A DNA stretch of 64,000 nucleotides from an uncultured Clostridia bacterium (GTDB lineage: Bacteria > Bacillota > Clostridia > TANB77 > CAG-508): the NCBI GenBank assembly GCA_944391575.1, contig CALXUC010000003.1, positions 16,459 to 80,458 of the forward strand, given 5' to 3'. Positions 44,627 to 53,828 of the stretch are shown in pieces. The translations under genes were made by a program, and so were the position numbers. Position 1 is the first letter of the stretch. Every line of letters starts with the position of its first letter. The notes beneath the pieces were generated by a model. That model made no database searches and was not told where the DNA came from. It worked only from the letters and a program-made list of their open reading frames with translations.

Positions 44627-46282
44627 TTACTCATCTACTTCACTATATCCTGAATTTAACCTTTCATATATTTTAAAATGCTCATCTGTATAAATGCAAT
44701 TATAATTATCGTCTTGATTTAATAATAAGTTTAATTTTCCATTTTTAACGATTATAACATGTGTTACTCCATATTCTTCAAATACTGATTCATATCCTAC
44801 GCTCATTCCATATACATTTATACAATCATTAAATATGTTTACACCTTCATTAAATTCTGGTGTGTATAAATCGCATCTTGAGTCTATAAATACTGGTATT
44901 CCTCTATATATTAAGTAACTACCATAATTATATTCATTAAATAATTTCATTCTATCTACATCTAAATTTTCTAATATATAATCTGCAGCTTCTATAGGAT
45001 ATTCTGATGTAGATATATATTCTTGATTATATTTAGGTTTTAATAATGAAACTGCCATTGTTGTAATTAGTACTAATGTTATTATTATTCCAAATGGCTT
45101 GGTCATTAATTGCATTACTTCTTTTGTACCGTCTTTATCGTACTTATCAAAAAGTTGTACTAATATATTTGAAATTGGTATTAATGCTATTAAATATACC
45201 ATAGAAGCTTGTCTCCTACTAATTAATGCCAATATCATTAAACCAAATATCATAAACCAATCTTTTAATCTTAATTTTACTTTTGCAAATATAGCCAACA
45301 TAATTGTTAATCCAAATAAAATTGAAAAACTTATATTATTAGCTAATGTCATTGGTAAATGTTCATTTATAGATTTTGTTGTCGTTCCATCCATTATTCT
45401 AAATAAATATGTGTAAGGCATATCTCCTATAGGTGTTAAGAAACCAGTAAATCCACATATTAAAGCTATTAAAATTAACCATTTACAATTAGAATTTTTT
45501 TCAAATTGAATCTTATCTGTAATATAATCTTCTTTACCTTTATAATCTAATAATTTAGACATTTTTGCATATACTTTTATTAATTTAGAATTTAATTCTT
45601 TAATTAATTCTACATCATTATTAGCTTTTTGAATTTTCTTATTTAATCTTTTTATTTTAAATTTATAATAATATATATCTAAATTAATTAAAAACGCATT
45701 ACAAATATAATCACCAATATATGGTAAGAATAACACAAAATAAAATGGCCATACTGCTGAGTGAACATTTGCTATTATTATTGGTAATATGATTAAGCCT
45801 ATTGCATACCTTTTCTTCTTAGTAGCTAAAAACTTCTCTATAAAAAATACTTCTAGTAAAAATAATATAAATGTAACTAATTGAGCGCGTGCCGCAATAA
45901 ACGATTGTAGTAAGTAAATAGATAATAGCGCCATTACAAATGCTAATAAGTGATTTTTATTAAGTTTAGAATGTACTGTATATATCAAAAGTCCTAATAT
46001 TGCTGTAAGAATACAGGTAGATAAATATATTCCCGTCATTCCACCAATATTATACACTAAATATACAAATACATCATATGCCCAATGTGGGAATGCATAT
46101 TCAAGATTTTCATGCCACGAAAATGGATCTTGCCCTACAGATATACCATTTTCTACAATATATTCTCCAATTTTTATAGTATAAAAAGTATCATTTTGTA
46201 ATGCCACAGGAGCTATAGCGAAACAAAATATAATTATTGATATAATTGCTAAAATTTCAAATTTTAATTTATATTTTTCCAT
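44627..46282 (-). CDS. polytopic membrane protein (GT-C/ArnT-like fold possible)
   Basis: 551 aa with more than 10 TM helices and a C-terminal soluble domain. No confident family. Confidence 0.35.
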   Translation of the reverse strand: MEKYKLKFEILAIISIIIFCFAIAPVALQNDTFYTIKIGEYIVENGISVGQDPFSWHENLEYAFPHWAYDVFVYLVYNIGGMTGIYLSTCILTAILGLLIYTVHSKLNKNHLLAFVMALLSIYLLQSFIAARAQLVTFILFLLEVFFIEKFLATKKKRYAIGLIILPIIIANVHSAVWPFYFVLFLPYIGDYICNAFLINLDIYYYKFKIKRLNKKIQKANNDVELIKELNSKLIKVYAKMSKLLDYKGKEDYITDKIQFEKNSNCKWLILIALICGFTGFLTPIGDMPYTYLFRIMDGTTTKSINEHLPMTLANNISFSILFGLTIMLAIFAKVKLRLKDWFMIFGLMILALISRRQASMVYLIALIPISNILVQLFDKYDKDGTKEVMQLMTKPFGIIITLVLITTMAVSLLKPKYNQEYISTSEYPIEAADYILENLDVDRMKLFNEYNYGSYLIYRGIPVFIDSRCDLYTPEFNEGVNIFNDCINVYGMSVGYESVFEEYGVTHVIIVKNGKLNLLLNQDDNYNCIYTDEHFKIYERLNSGYSEVDE

Positions 46283-46402
46283 TTCTACTTTCCTTCCTTA
46301 TTTTATCGCTATTATAATATCACATTAATTTAAAAGTTACAAGCTTTTTTGCAAATAAAGCATAATTAAAAGAAAAAAACATATTTATTTAATGGTGATA
46401 TT

Positions 46403-47788
46403 TTGAGGAAAACAAAAATCTTTTTTATTAATGGAACAATTCTAACTGTTACTGCTTTTACTATGAGAAGCATTGGAACGGTATTTAATTTATACATTTC
46501 TAGAAAAATTGGTTCAGAAGCAGTCGGTGTATTCAGCCTAGTTATGTCGGTATATATGTTTTTTGTTACATTAGCCACTTCTGGATTAAGTCTTGCTTGT
46601 ACGTATATTGTTTCAGAACAATTTTCTAAAGGTAACTTTTATGATGGTCTTAAAGCTGTTAGAAGTTGCCTTTTGTTTTCTTTATTATTAGGAATATTAA
46701 GCAGTATTATTGTTTTAATGTTTTCTAATGTAATATCACAAAATTGGTTGAACTCCACGATTTCTTGTACACCTCTATATTTAATTTCGATAGGATTACC
46801 TTTTATTAGCGTTTCAAGTGTAATTAACGGATATTTTTCAGCCGTAAGAAAAGCTTATAAAACTGCAGTTTCACAAGTATTTGAATTGCTGATTAAAATA
46901 TTTGCAACTGTTTTTTTATTAAATTTATATCCTACAAATAATATAGAAGCTATTTGTAGCTACTTAATTTTAGCAGATATAATTTCCGAAATTTGTTCTT
47001 GTAGTTTATTAATTTACTTATACAAAAAAGATAAAAGTAAATATAGTAAAGAACCTATTAAGACTATTACCTTTAAGAAAAAAATTTTTAATATAGCATT
47101 CCCTGTTTCTATTACTTCTTACATACGTTCTGGCCTATCAACTGTAAAACAATTTATTATTCCTGCTAGATTAGAGCTATTTGGCTTATCGTATAGCGTA
47201 GCACTTTCAGAATATGGCAAAATTAACGGAATGGCAATGTCTATCCTCACATTCCCTACTGTATTTTTTATGTCATTTGGCAATTTAATTGTACCAGAAT
47301 TTGCTGCTTTATCTGCTAAAAATTATAAAAAGAGAATATTAGATGTCTGTAAAAAAGTTTTTTTAACTACTTCTATATTTTCTATTGCTATTTCTTTAAT
47401 TTTCTTCTTCTTTGCTGAAGAAATTAGTTTTCTAGCATTTAATAATTATGAATGTGCAGAATACATTAGAATACTTTCTCCATTAATTTTATTTATGTAT
47501 CCTGATAAAATATTAGATAATATGCTAAAAGGTTTAAATAAACAATTTGGTGTTATGGTTTGCAATATAATAGATTTAATATTAACAATCACAATTTTAT
47601 ATTTTTTGCTACCAGTTTTAGGTATAACAGGTTATCTTTTGGCCATTATGATTAGTGAAATATTTAATTTTTCTATTAGTTACATTCAGCTTTATAAGGC
47701 AACTGGTTTTAAGATGTTTCCTTATATTATTTGTTGCTATATATTTTTTATGTTTTTAGGGCTTTATGAGATAGGTGAGATTTTATAA
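46403..47788 (+). CDS. MOP-superfamily flippase, SpoVB-like
   Basis: 461 aa with ~14 TM segments. The N-terminus FINGTILTVTAFTMRSIGTVFNLYISRKIGSEAVG is typical of SpoVB/MurJ-like proteins. TTG start. Confidence 0.55.
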   Translation: MRKTKIFFINGTILTVTAFTMRSIGTVFNLYISRKIGSEAVGVFSLVMSVYMFFVTLATSGLSLACTYIVSEQFSKGNFYDGLKAVRSCLLFSLLLGILSSIIVLMFSNVISQNWLNSTISCTPLYLISIGLPFISVSSVINGYFSAVRKAYKTAVSQVFELLIKIFATVFLLNLYPTNNIEAICSYLILADIISEICSCSLLIYLYKKDKSKYSKEPIKTITFKKKIFNIAFPVSITSYIRSGLSTVKQFIIPARLELFGLSYSVALSEYGKINGMAMSILTFPTVFFMSFGNLIVPEFAALSAKNYKKRILDVCKKVFLTTSIFSIAISLIFFFFAEEISFLAFNNYECAEYIRILSPLILFMYPDKILDNMLKGLNKQFGVMVCNIIDLILTITILYFLLPVLGITGYLLAIMISEIFNFSISYIQLYKATGFKMFPYIICCYIFFMFLGLYEIGEIL

Positions 47789-47789
47789 T

Positions 47790-47940
47790 CTATTCATAGC
47801 TTCCAACACAAATATCTTGAAGTACTTATATATTAATATTTTGCAATCAAAGACCCGGATTGTTACACCCTAGCTATGTTTTTGATAAAAAATATTAATA
47901 TATAAGTACTACTAATATTTATTCAGCTATGAATTGTTAC
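47790..47940 (-). mobile_element. Nested-palindrome MITE-like element, type B, full copy
   Basis: Ends CTATTCATAGCT / AGCTATGAATTGTTAC. Perfect inner stem GTACTTATATATTAATATTTT / AAAATATTAATATATAAGTAC. It starts 2 nt after the stop at 47788. Confidence 0.85.
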
Positions 47941-48009
47941 AAATATATACGGAATTTATTCATACTATTAAAATCACCAGCATATACTAAAGTAAGGAGT
48001 TGGTATTAA

Positions 48010-48246
48010 ATGGCAAATCAAAAAGGACTTGATTTTAAACATAAAGAAGTTATCAACATTACTGACGGAAGAAGATTAGGCTATGTACAAGATGTTACAG
48101 CAGATTTAGAATCAGGCACAATCACTTCTATAATTGTACCTGGTTCTAGCAAGCCATTTAATATTTTTCAATCTAGCCAAGACATTGTTATACCATGGAA
48201 TAAAATCCATTGTATCGGAGAAGATATTATTTTAGTAGAGATTTAA
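48010..48246 (+). CDS. ylmC: YlmC/YmxH-family sporulation protein (PRC barrel)
   Basis: 78 aa with EVINITDGRRLGYVQDV…IIVPG…VIPWNKIHCIGEDIILV. Confidence 0.85.
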   Translation: MANQKGLDFKHKEVINITDGRRLGYVQDVTADLESGTITSIIVPGSSKPFNIFQSSQDIVIPWNKIHCIGEDIILVEI

Positions 48247-49016
48247 TAATATCTTCTTATTGTTTTTATTGCACTTTTTTCTAATCTCGAAACTTGTGCT
48301 TGTGATATCCCCAATTCTTCTGCCACTTCTATTTGAGTTCTGCCATCAAAGAAACGTTTTTCTACTATTTTCCTTTCACGGTCTTTTAATTTTTTTAATG
48401 AATCTTTTATTGTTATGTTACTTGCCCATACATCTTCATTATTCTTTTTATCTTTAATTTGGTCTTCTATATACACATTATCTCCGCTATCACTATATAT
48501 AGGCTCTTGTAATGAAACTGGCATTTGTATTGCCTCTAAACTTACTACCACTTCTTCTTTTTCCACACCTAATTCTTTTGCAAGTTCTTCTACTGTTGGT
48601 TCTTTTAAATTTTCTTTCGCGCATTTTTCTTTAATCATCATTATTCTATATGATAAATCTCTAATAGAACGACTTACTCTTATTGAAGTATTATCTCTTA
48701 AATATCTTCGTATTTCTCCTATAATCATTGGAACTGCATACGTAGAAAATTGTACGTTTAAAGATGTATCAAAATTATCTAATGCTTTTATTAAACCAAC
48801 ACAACCTATCTGAAATATGTCATCTAAATTTTCTCCTCTTGGATTAATTCTTTGTATAATACTTAATACTAATCTTAAATTTGCATTTATAAATTCTTCC
48901 CTAGCTTCTAAATCTCCTTTTTTTATTTTTTCTAATAATTCGTTTTTTTCTGTATTTGTTAGCACAGGTAATTTTGAGGTATTTACTCCAGTTATTTCAA
49001 CCTTGTTAACAAACAT
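48243..49016 (-). CDS. sigG: RNA polymerase sporulation sigma factor SigG
   Basis: 257 aa. NKVEITGVNTSKLPVL, NLRLVLSIIQR and FSTYAVPMIIGEIRRYLRDN closely parallel B. subtilis SigG. Confidence 0.85.
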   Translation of the reverse strand: MFVNKVEITGVNTSKLPVLTNTEKNELLEKIKKGDLEAREEFINANLRLVLSIIQRINPRGENLDDIFQIGCVGLIKALDNFDTSLNVQFSTYAVPMIIGEIRRYLRDNTSIRVSRSIRDLSYRIMMIKEKCAKENLKEPTVEELAKELGVEKEEVVVSLEAIQMPVSLQEPIYSDSGDNVYIEDQIKDKKNNEDVWASNITIKDSLKKLKDRERKIVEKRFFDGRTQIEVAEELGISQAQVSRLEKSAIKTIRRYY

Positions 49017-49045
49017 AAAAACCTCCTTAAATAAATATAATTTAT

Positions 49046-49135
49046 AAAGCTTAATATATAGCTATTTTTAATCAAAACATAGCTGGGGCTTAACAATCCG
49101 GGTCTTGATTTGCAAATAGCTATATATTAAGCTTT
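49046..49135 (+). repeat. Nested-palindrome element, type A, core-only copy
   Basis: AAAGCTTAATATATAGCTATTTTTAATCAAAACATAGCTGGGGCTTAACAATCCGGGTCTTGATTTGCAAATAGCTATATATTAAGCTTT. Confidence 0.85.
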
Positions 49136-49139
49136 TTTA

Positions 49140-49287
49140 ATTACAGTTCACTAAAAATTTTATAAAACTTGATATATAGCTATTTTTAGTCAAAACATAG
49201 CTAGGGTTTAACAATCCGGGTCTTGACTCGCAAATAGCTATATATCAAGTTTTGACAAAGTTATTTATTCTCTTACTGAATTGTAAC
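49140..49287 (+). mobile_element. Nested-palindrome MITE-like element, type A, full copy adjacent to the previous one
   Basis: Ends ATTACAGTTCAC / CTGAATTGTAAC. Near-TSD CTTTTTTA / CTTTTTAT. It is inserted at the right edge of the 49046-49135 copy. Confidence 0.85.
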
Positions 49288-49315
49288 CTTTTTATTAACT
49301 TTAGCTATTTAAAAT

Positions 49316-49344
49316 TATTATTTCCAAATACGGAAGTTTTATAC
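49316..49344 (-). promoter_or_regulatory. forespore (sigma-F/G)-type promoter-like sequence upstream of sigG
   Basis: Minus strand reads GTATA - 14 nt - GGAAATAATA, compared with the consensus GTATA-N15-GGnnAnAnT. It lies ~290 nt upstream of sigG, with two MITE copies in between. Confidence 0.3.
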
Positions 49345-49395
49345 TTTATTTTTTAAACTTTAACATTAATTATATTTGTCTATCATAAACTTATA

Positions 49396-50479
49396 TTGGT
49401 GGTGTTATTGTTAAAAAATAATTTTTTAGTTTTTAATATAAAACGATTTATTTTACCGCTCATTTTTTGTGGATTTACATTGGCTTTAATTATTTTTTCT
49501 AGAGAAAATTTAAATGCTGCTAAAACTCGGACTTGCATTATGGGCAGATTCCGTATTACCTGCTTTGTTACCTTTTTTTATTGCTACAGAGCTTTTAAGT
49601 TATACTAATGTAATTCCTTTTTTAGGTAGAATGTTAAATAAATTTATGAGACCCGTTTTTAATGTACCGGGTGAAGGAGCTTTTCCTTTTATAATGGGAA
49701 TTATTAGTGGTTATCCAGTTGGTGCTAAAATTGTTACTAAACTTAGAGAAAATAATACTTGTACTAAAGAAGAATGTGAGCGTTTATTAGCATTTACAAA
49801 TAATTCTGGTCCACTTTTTATAGTAGGTACTGTTGGTATTAGCTTAATAGGTGATACTGCTATCGGTATAACACTTCTTATAATACATATTCTCGCTTCT
49901 ATAACAGTTGGTGTATTATTTAGATTTTGGAAATCTAATAAAGCTTTAAATAGAAATTATAAGTTCTCATACAATTACTTATCTTATTCTAGAAATGAAA
50001 GTAGTACTAATGTTTCTTTTTCTAATTTAGGTGAAATTTTAGGAAAGAGTATTATGAATAGTATAAATACTGTTGTAATGATTGGAGGATTTGTAGTACT
50101 CTTTTCTGTTATTATTTCCATTTTAGAAAATAGTAATGCATTGTATGTGTTAAGTGTTTTAATTTATCCTATTTTAGACTTACTACGTATTCCACATGAA
50201 TATGCAATAGGATTACTTTCAGGTATTATAGAATTAACTAATGGTTTAAATACTATATCTACAATTCCTATAAAAGAATATTCGTATACTATAATATTAT
50301 CTAGCTTCTTGCTTGGGTTTGGTGGTATATCTGTACTATTACAAGTGTTTAGCATTATATCTAAAACAGATATTTCTATAAAGCCATATATTATTGGTAA
50401 AATTTTACACGCTGTTATATCTGCAATTTATTTTTTTATTTTTTTTAATTTTTTTGTTGTATTTTCTCTAAATTTGTAA
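49396..50479 (+). pseudogene. ylbJ: sporulation integral membrane protein YlbJ, interrupted by a +1-nt frameshift near 49522-49528
   Basis: Frame A (49396 onward) encodes the first TM segment plus …SRENLNAAKT. Frame B (49514 onward) continues KLGLALWADSVLPALLPFFIATELL… Removing one nt from GCTGCTAAAACTCGG restores a continuous YlbJ-like N-terminus. Confidence 0.7.
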
Positions 50480-50553
50480 TATAAATAAAACAATTTGCTT
50501 TTATATTATTTTTCTGGTAAAATAGTATAAAAGTTTAAGAAAGGATTAAACAA

Positions 50554-51084
50554 ATGAAATCTATGGAAGAATTTAATGTAAACAATAAAGAAGATTTCTC
50601 TAAAATTATTGAGAAAATCCAAGATGAATTATACACATTTTCTAAGAGTAAGATTAAAAACGAATGTGATATTAATGATGTTATACAAGAAACTATAATA
50701 AAAATTTATAAATATCGTCACTGTTTAAAAGATAAGTCTCGCTTTAGATCTTGGTATATGGCGATTCTTAGGAATGAATGTAATAGGTATTATAACAACC
50801 AACGTAAAAACACTTTACTTTTAGAAAAGATTTTCAGTGCTACTGAAATAGTTACAGTAGATAATTCTGTTGGTGACTTTGAAGATGACTCGTGTTTTCA
50901 AGAACTTTTAAAAGTATTAGAGGATGTTGATAGAGAAATAATTGTTTTACATTACCAATGTAATTATTCATTAAAAGATATTTCGCATATACTAGGTATA
51001 AATCAAAATACTATAAAAAGTAAGCTTAAAAGAAGTAAAGATAAACTAAAAGAATATAAGGAAGGTGGTTTAAATGAAAAATAA
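50554..51084 (+). CDS. ECF-type RNA polymerase sigma factor
   Basis: 176 aa with region 2 (VIQETIIKIYKY, FRSWYMAILRNECNRYY) and region 4 (SLKDISHILGINQNTIKSKLKRSKDKL). Confidence 0.8.
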   Translation: MKSMEEFNVNNKEDFSKIIEKIQDELYTFSKSKIKNECDINDVIQETIIKIYKYRHCLKDKSRFRSWYMAILRNECNRYYNNQRKNTLLLEKIFSATEIVTVDNSVGDFEDDSCFQELLKVLEDVDREIIVLHYQCNYSLKDISHILGINQNTIKSKLKRSKDKLKEYKEGGLNEK

Positions 51085-52207
51085 AAAGAAGAACAAAAAC
51101 CAGTTAGACGACATGGACGTATTTTTATATGAAATTGCCAAAAAAGATTTAAAACCTATTCCTAAAGAAATACAAGATAATATTCAAAAAACTATAGATA
51201 GTTTGGATTTTGAGCCAAAAGTTCCTGCAAGAACAAAAGTTAAAGTACCTTTGCGTTACCGTTTTAAAGAAAAGCTGGGTACTATAATTACGAAACCGGC
51301 TCATGCTGTAATTGCTAGTTTTTTAATAGTTATGCTTGTTGCTACTGGTGCAGTAGGTGCAAGACAAATGTCTGAAAAATTTTTTGGTAAAGATACAGTT
51401 AGATTAACTAACATTGGTATAGCAAATGAATTTACTTTTACTGAAGAAATGGAAAATGCTTTAAAACAAAATGTACCTTTAAATTTAGTAGAATTAAATG
51501 AGGATTATTATGTAAGCATACATTCTATTTTACTTGATGAAATAAATTTCTTTACAGTTTTTGAGTTGCATAGTAAGAATATGAAGATAACAGATGATTT
51601 GAGTTTTGCTTTTAACGACTTAAAGATAACTGATGAAAATGGAACAACTTTATATGATTCTTATCTAGAAACAAATATAAATACAATTAAAGGATATAAA
51701 CCTATTTATAATACAGAAAATAGTATAAGAATACTTTTTTTTATGTTTGGTAATGATAATTCTCAAATAAAAGAATTAAATTTTACTTTTTCGAATTTAG
51801 AAATACATAAAATTAAACCTGATTTAAATCTAAATTCAGACTTTCAAGATATTAATATATCTTGTGATAATAAAAGTGTTACTGTTCCTATAACTAAAGA
51901 TAATTATAGTACTATACAAAAATATGCATGGGATAAAGAAAATTCTGAAAGTAAATATAATATTGAAGATGCCATTTTGACTAAAACTGGATTATATATA
52001 ACATTAAAAACACCTATTTCTTCAATTGAGCCATTAATAGAAACAAATAATAAGTTTTATACTATGTTATATAACATACCATTAAAAAGAGTTGGAAGTG
52101 ATGGATTTTTAATTTTGATAGCATATAATATTACTGAATATCAAGATAATATAAAATTATATAATAATTTAGATAAAAATATATATAATTTAATTCCAAA
52201 AAATTAA
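51074..52207 (+). CDS. putative anti-sigma factor (single TM, large extracytoplasmic domain)
   Basis: 377 aa. It overlaps the sigma-factor gene by 11 nt. TM segment is AVIASFLIVMLVATGAVGA. Confidence 0.5.
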   Translation: MKNKKKNKNQLDDMDVFLYEIAKKDLKPIPKEIQDNIQKTIDSLDFEPKVPARTKVKVPLRYRFKEKLGTIITKPAHAVIASFLIVMLVATGAVGARQMSEKFFGKDTVRLTNIGIANEFTFTEEMENALKQNVPLNLVELNEDYYVSIHSILLDEINFFTVFELHSKNMKITDDLSFAFNDLKITDENGTTLYDSYLETNINTIKGYKPIYNTENSIRILFFMFGNDNSQIKELNFTFSNLEIHKIKPDLNLNSDFQDINISCDNKSVTVPITKDNYSTIQKYAWDKENSESKYNIEDAILTKTGLYITLKTPISSIEPLIETNNKFYTMLYNIPLKRVGSDGFLILIAYNITEYQDNIKLYNNLDKNIYNLIPKN

Positions 52208-52233
52208 GAAGTATTTCCTATACTTCTTAATTT

Positions 52234-52728
52234 TTAATACCAGCTATATGATTTTACATCTACTGTATTTGTTGCACTTGCGTAAGCACTATCTACATAA
52301 TAATAACAATCTGCCGCACTGCCACCTCTAGATCCCAAGCTTATCCAATCAAATTTATTATTACTTCCATTTGCCCATATTGTACAATCATGATGTGTTA
52401 CTGTATTGTAAACGTATAAATCTATATGTATTGGTATTACACCTGCAGTTGAAGTAGCACTAGCTTCTAGAGCCATCCACCCTCCATCATAATATCTAGT
52501 TTCTCCATTCATTTCATTAACAAATGTAAATGGACCTGGATCAAAATATCCTCTCGTTACTGGATTTTCTCCATCTCCGTAATATATACTTAATATTTTA
52601 TGGCCATCTATATATAAATCTTCATTGTTTGTTGCATAAATATTGCTTGGAACCATTGTGAATAGCAGAATCCCTAAAATAAAAATCAAAAAGACTTTAA
52701 ACATAACATTATTTCTAATTTTTTCCAT
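52234..52728 (-). CDS. secreted hypothetical protein
   Basis: 164 aa with a signal peptide (FKVFLIFILGILLFTMVPSNIYA). The mature part is rich in Gly, Tyr and aromatic residues. No family recognised. Confidence 0.4.
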   Translation of the reverse strand: MEKIRNNVMFKVFLIFILGILLFTMVPSNIYATNNEDLYIDGHKILSIYYGDGENPVTRGYFDPGPFTFVNEMNGETRYYDGGWMALEASATSTAGVIPIHIDLYVYNTVTHHDCTIWANGSNNKFDWISLGSRGGSAADCYYYVDSAYASATNTVDVKSYSWY

Positions 52729-52976
52729 AAAACCCTCTCAATTCTACACGAAAGCAACACTATATTTACCTCACATTTTTAATATATATTTTTCTAACAT
52801 TTTCAGACGGCAAAAAATAAAATAAAATAAATTATTTTTTACCTTTTTTATAAATTTTGAATTTTTTTGAAATTTTTTAAAAAATTTTAAAAAAAATGCA
52901 ACCTTTTTTGTATAAACTTGTATCTTATATTATATAGAGATTAATTCTCAAAAAATAAATATTCAAGGAGGAAGCT

Positions 52977-53699
52977 ATGTTAAATATACTTATAGCGAAT
53001 AAAAATTTAGAAAATTTGCAAAATTTGCAAAATTACATTTCGCAATATATCCCAGACATAAGAGTTGGATATCTTGCATCAGATGGAAAAGATGTTTTGG
53101 AAGCATTAAAAATTCAGCATTACGACATTGTAGTAATGGACACTAATCTACCAAAAATGGATGGATTTGATGTTCTACAAAAACTTTCATCTATAAAACA
53201 AGTAGAGTTAAAACATTCTTTTATCGTTTTAACTAAAAATGAGAACATGATTAAAAACTTAAATAAACATGATTTAGTTTATAAAGCTTTTAAATCTGGT
53301 GAATCTTTAAGTATGATAATACATACTATACAACAAATAGTAGATAGTCGCAAAGAAAAAGATGAAACTACATGTATTAGGAATAAAATAATTAATGAGT
53401 TACAAACTATAGGTTTTAATTTATCACATAAAGGAACTCATTACTTAGCAGAAAGTGTAGTATTAATGGCTACAACAGAAAAAAATAATGAAAACTTAAG
53501 CAAACATATTTATCCTATAGTTTCAAAAATATTTAATAAAGATTTAAACAATATAAAATGTAACATAACAAGTGCTACAGAGGCTGCTTGTAAAAATATA
53601 ACAGATGATATTTTATTAAATTATTTTAAATTATCTACACATGTAAAACCTACTACAAAAATGATAATATATTCAATTCTAAAAAAATTAAATAAGTAA
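52977..53699 (+). CDS. Spo0A-like regulator: degenerate receiver + Spo0A_C-type DNA-binding domain
   Basis: 240 aa. The C-terminus LQTIGFNLSHKGTHYLAESVVLM…IYPIVSKIFNKDLNNIKCNITSATEAAC…KPTTKMIIYSILKKL aligns with the Spo0A C-terminal domain. The receiver has IANKN where IADDN is expected. Confidence 0.6.
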   Translation: MLNILIANKNLENLQNLQNYISQYIPDIRVGYLASDGKDVLEALKIQHYDIVVMDTNLPKMDGFDVLQKLSSIKQVELKHSFIVLTKNENMIKNLNKHDLVYKAFKSGESLSMIIHTIQQIVDSRKEKDETTCIRNKIINELQTIGFNLSHKGTHYLAESVVLMATTEKNNENLSKHIYPIVSKIFNKDLNNIKCNITSATEAACKNITDDILLNYFKLSTHVKPTTKMIIYSILKKLNK

Positions 53700-53736
53700 A
53701 TTTTCTAATAAATTAAAAAAAATTTCTTTCACAATT

Positions 53737-53770
53737 AGAGGGTTCCTGTAATTAGGAGCCCTCTTTCTCT
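53737..53770 (+). terminator. terminator-like hairpin after the Spo0A-like gene
   Basis: 10-bp stem AGAGGGTTCC / GGAGCCCTCT (one G-T pair) followed by TTCTCT. Confidence 0.45.
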
Positions 53771-53780
53771 GAAATCAATA

Positions 53781-53820
53781 AAAAATTTGGATAATCTCTT
53801 TTATCCAAATTTTTTATTTT
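53781..53820. terminator. bidirectional terminator between the Spo0A-like gene and sortase
   Basis: Stem AAATTTGGATAA / TTATCCAAATTT, flanked by A5 and T5 runs. Confidence 0.65.
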
Positions 53821-53828
53821 ATATATTA

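Noticed and set aside
46366-46578. 70-aa minus-strand ORF overlapping the start of the SpoVB-like flippase gene.
   Set aside because: It is antisense to a well-supported 461-aa membrane protein gene and has no RBS.
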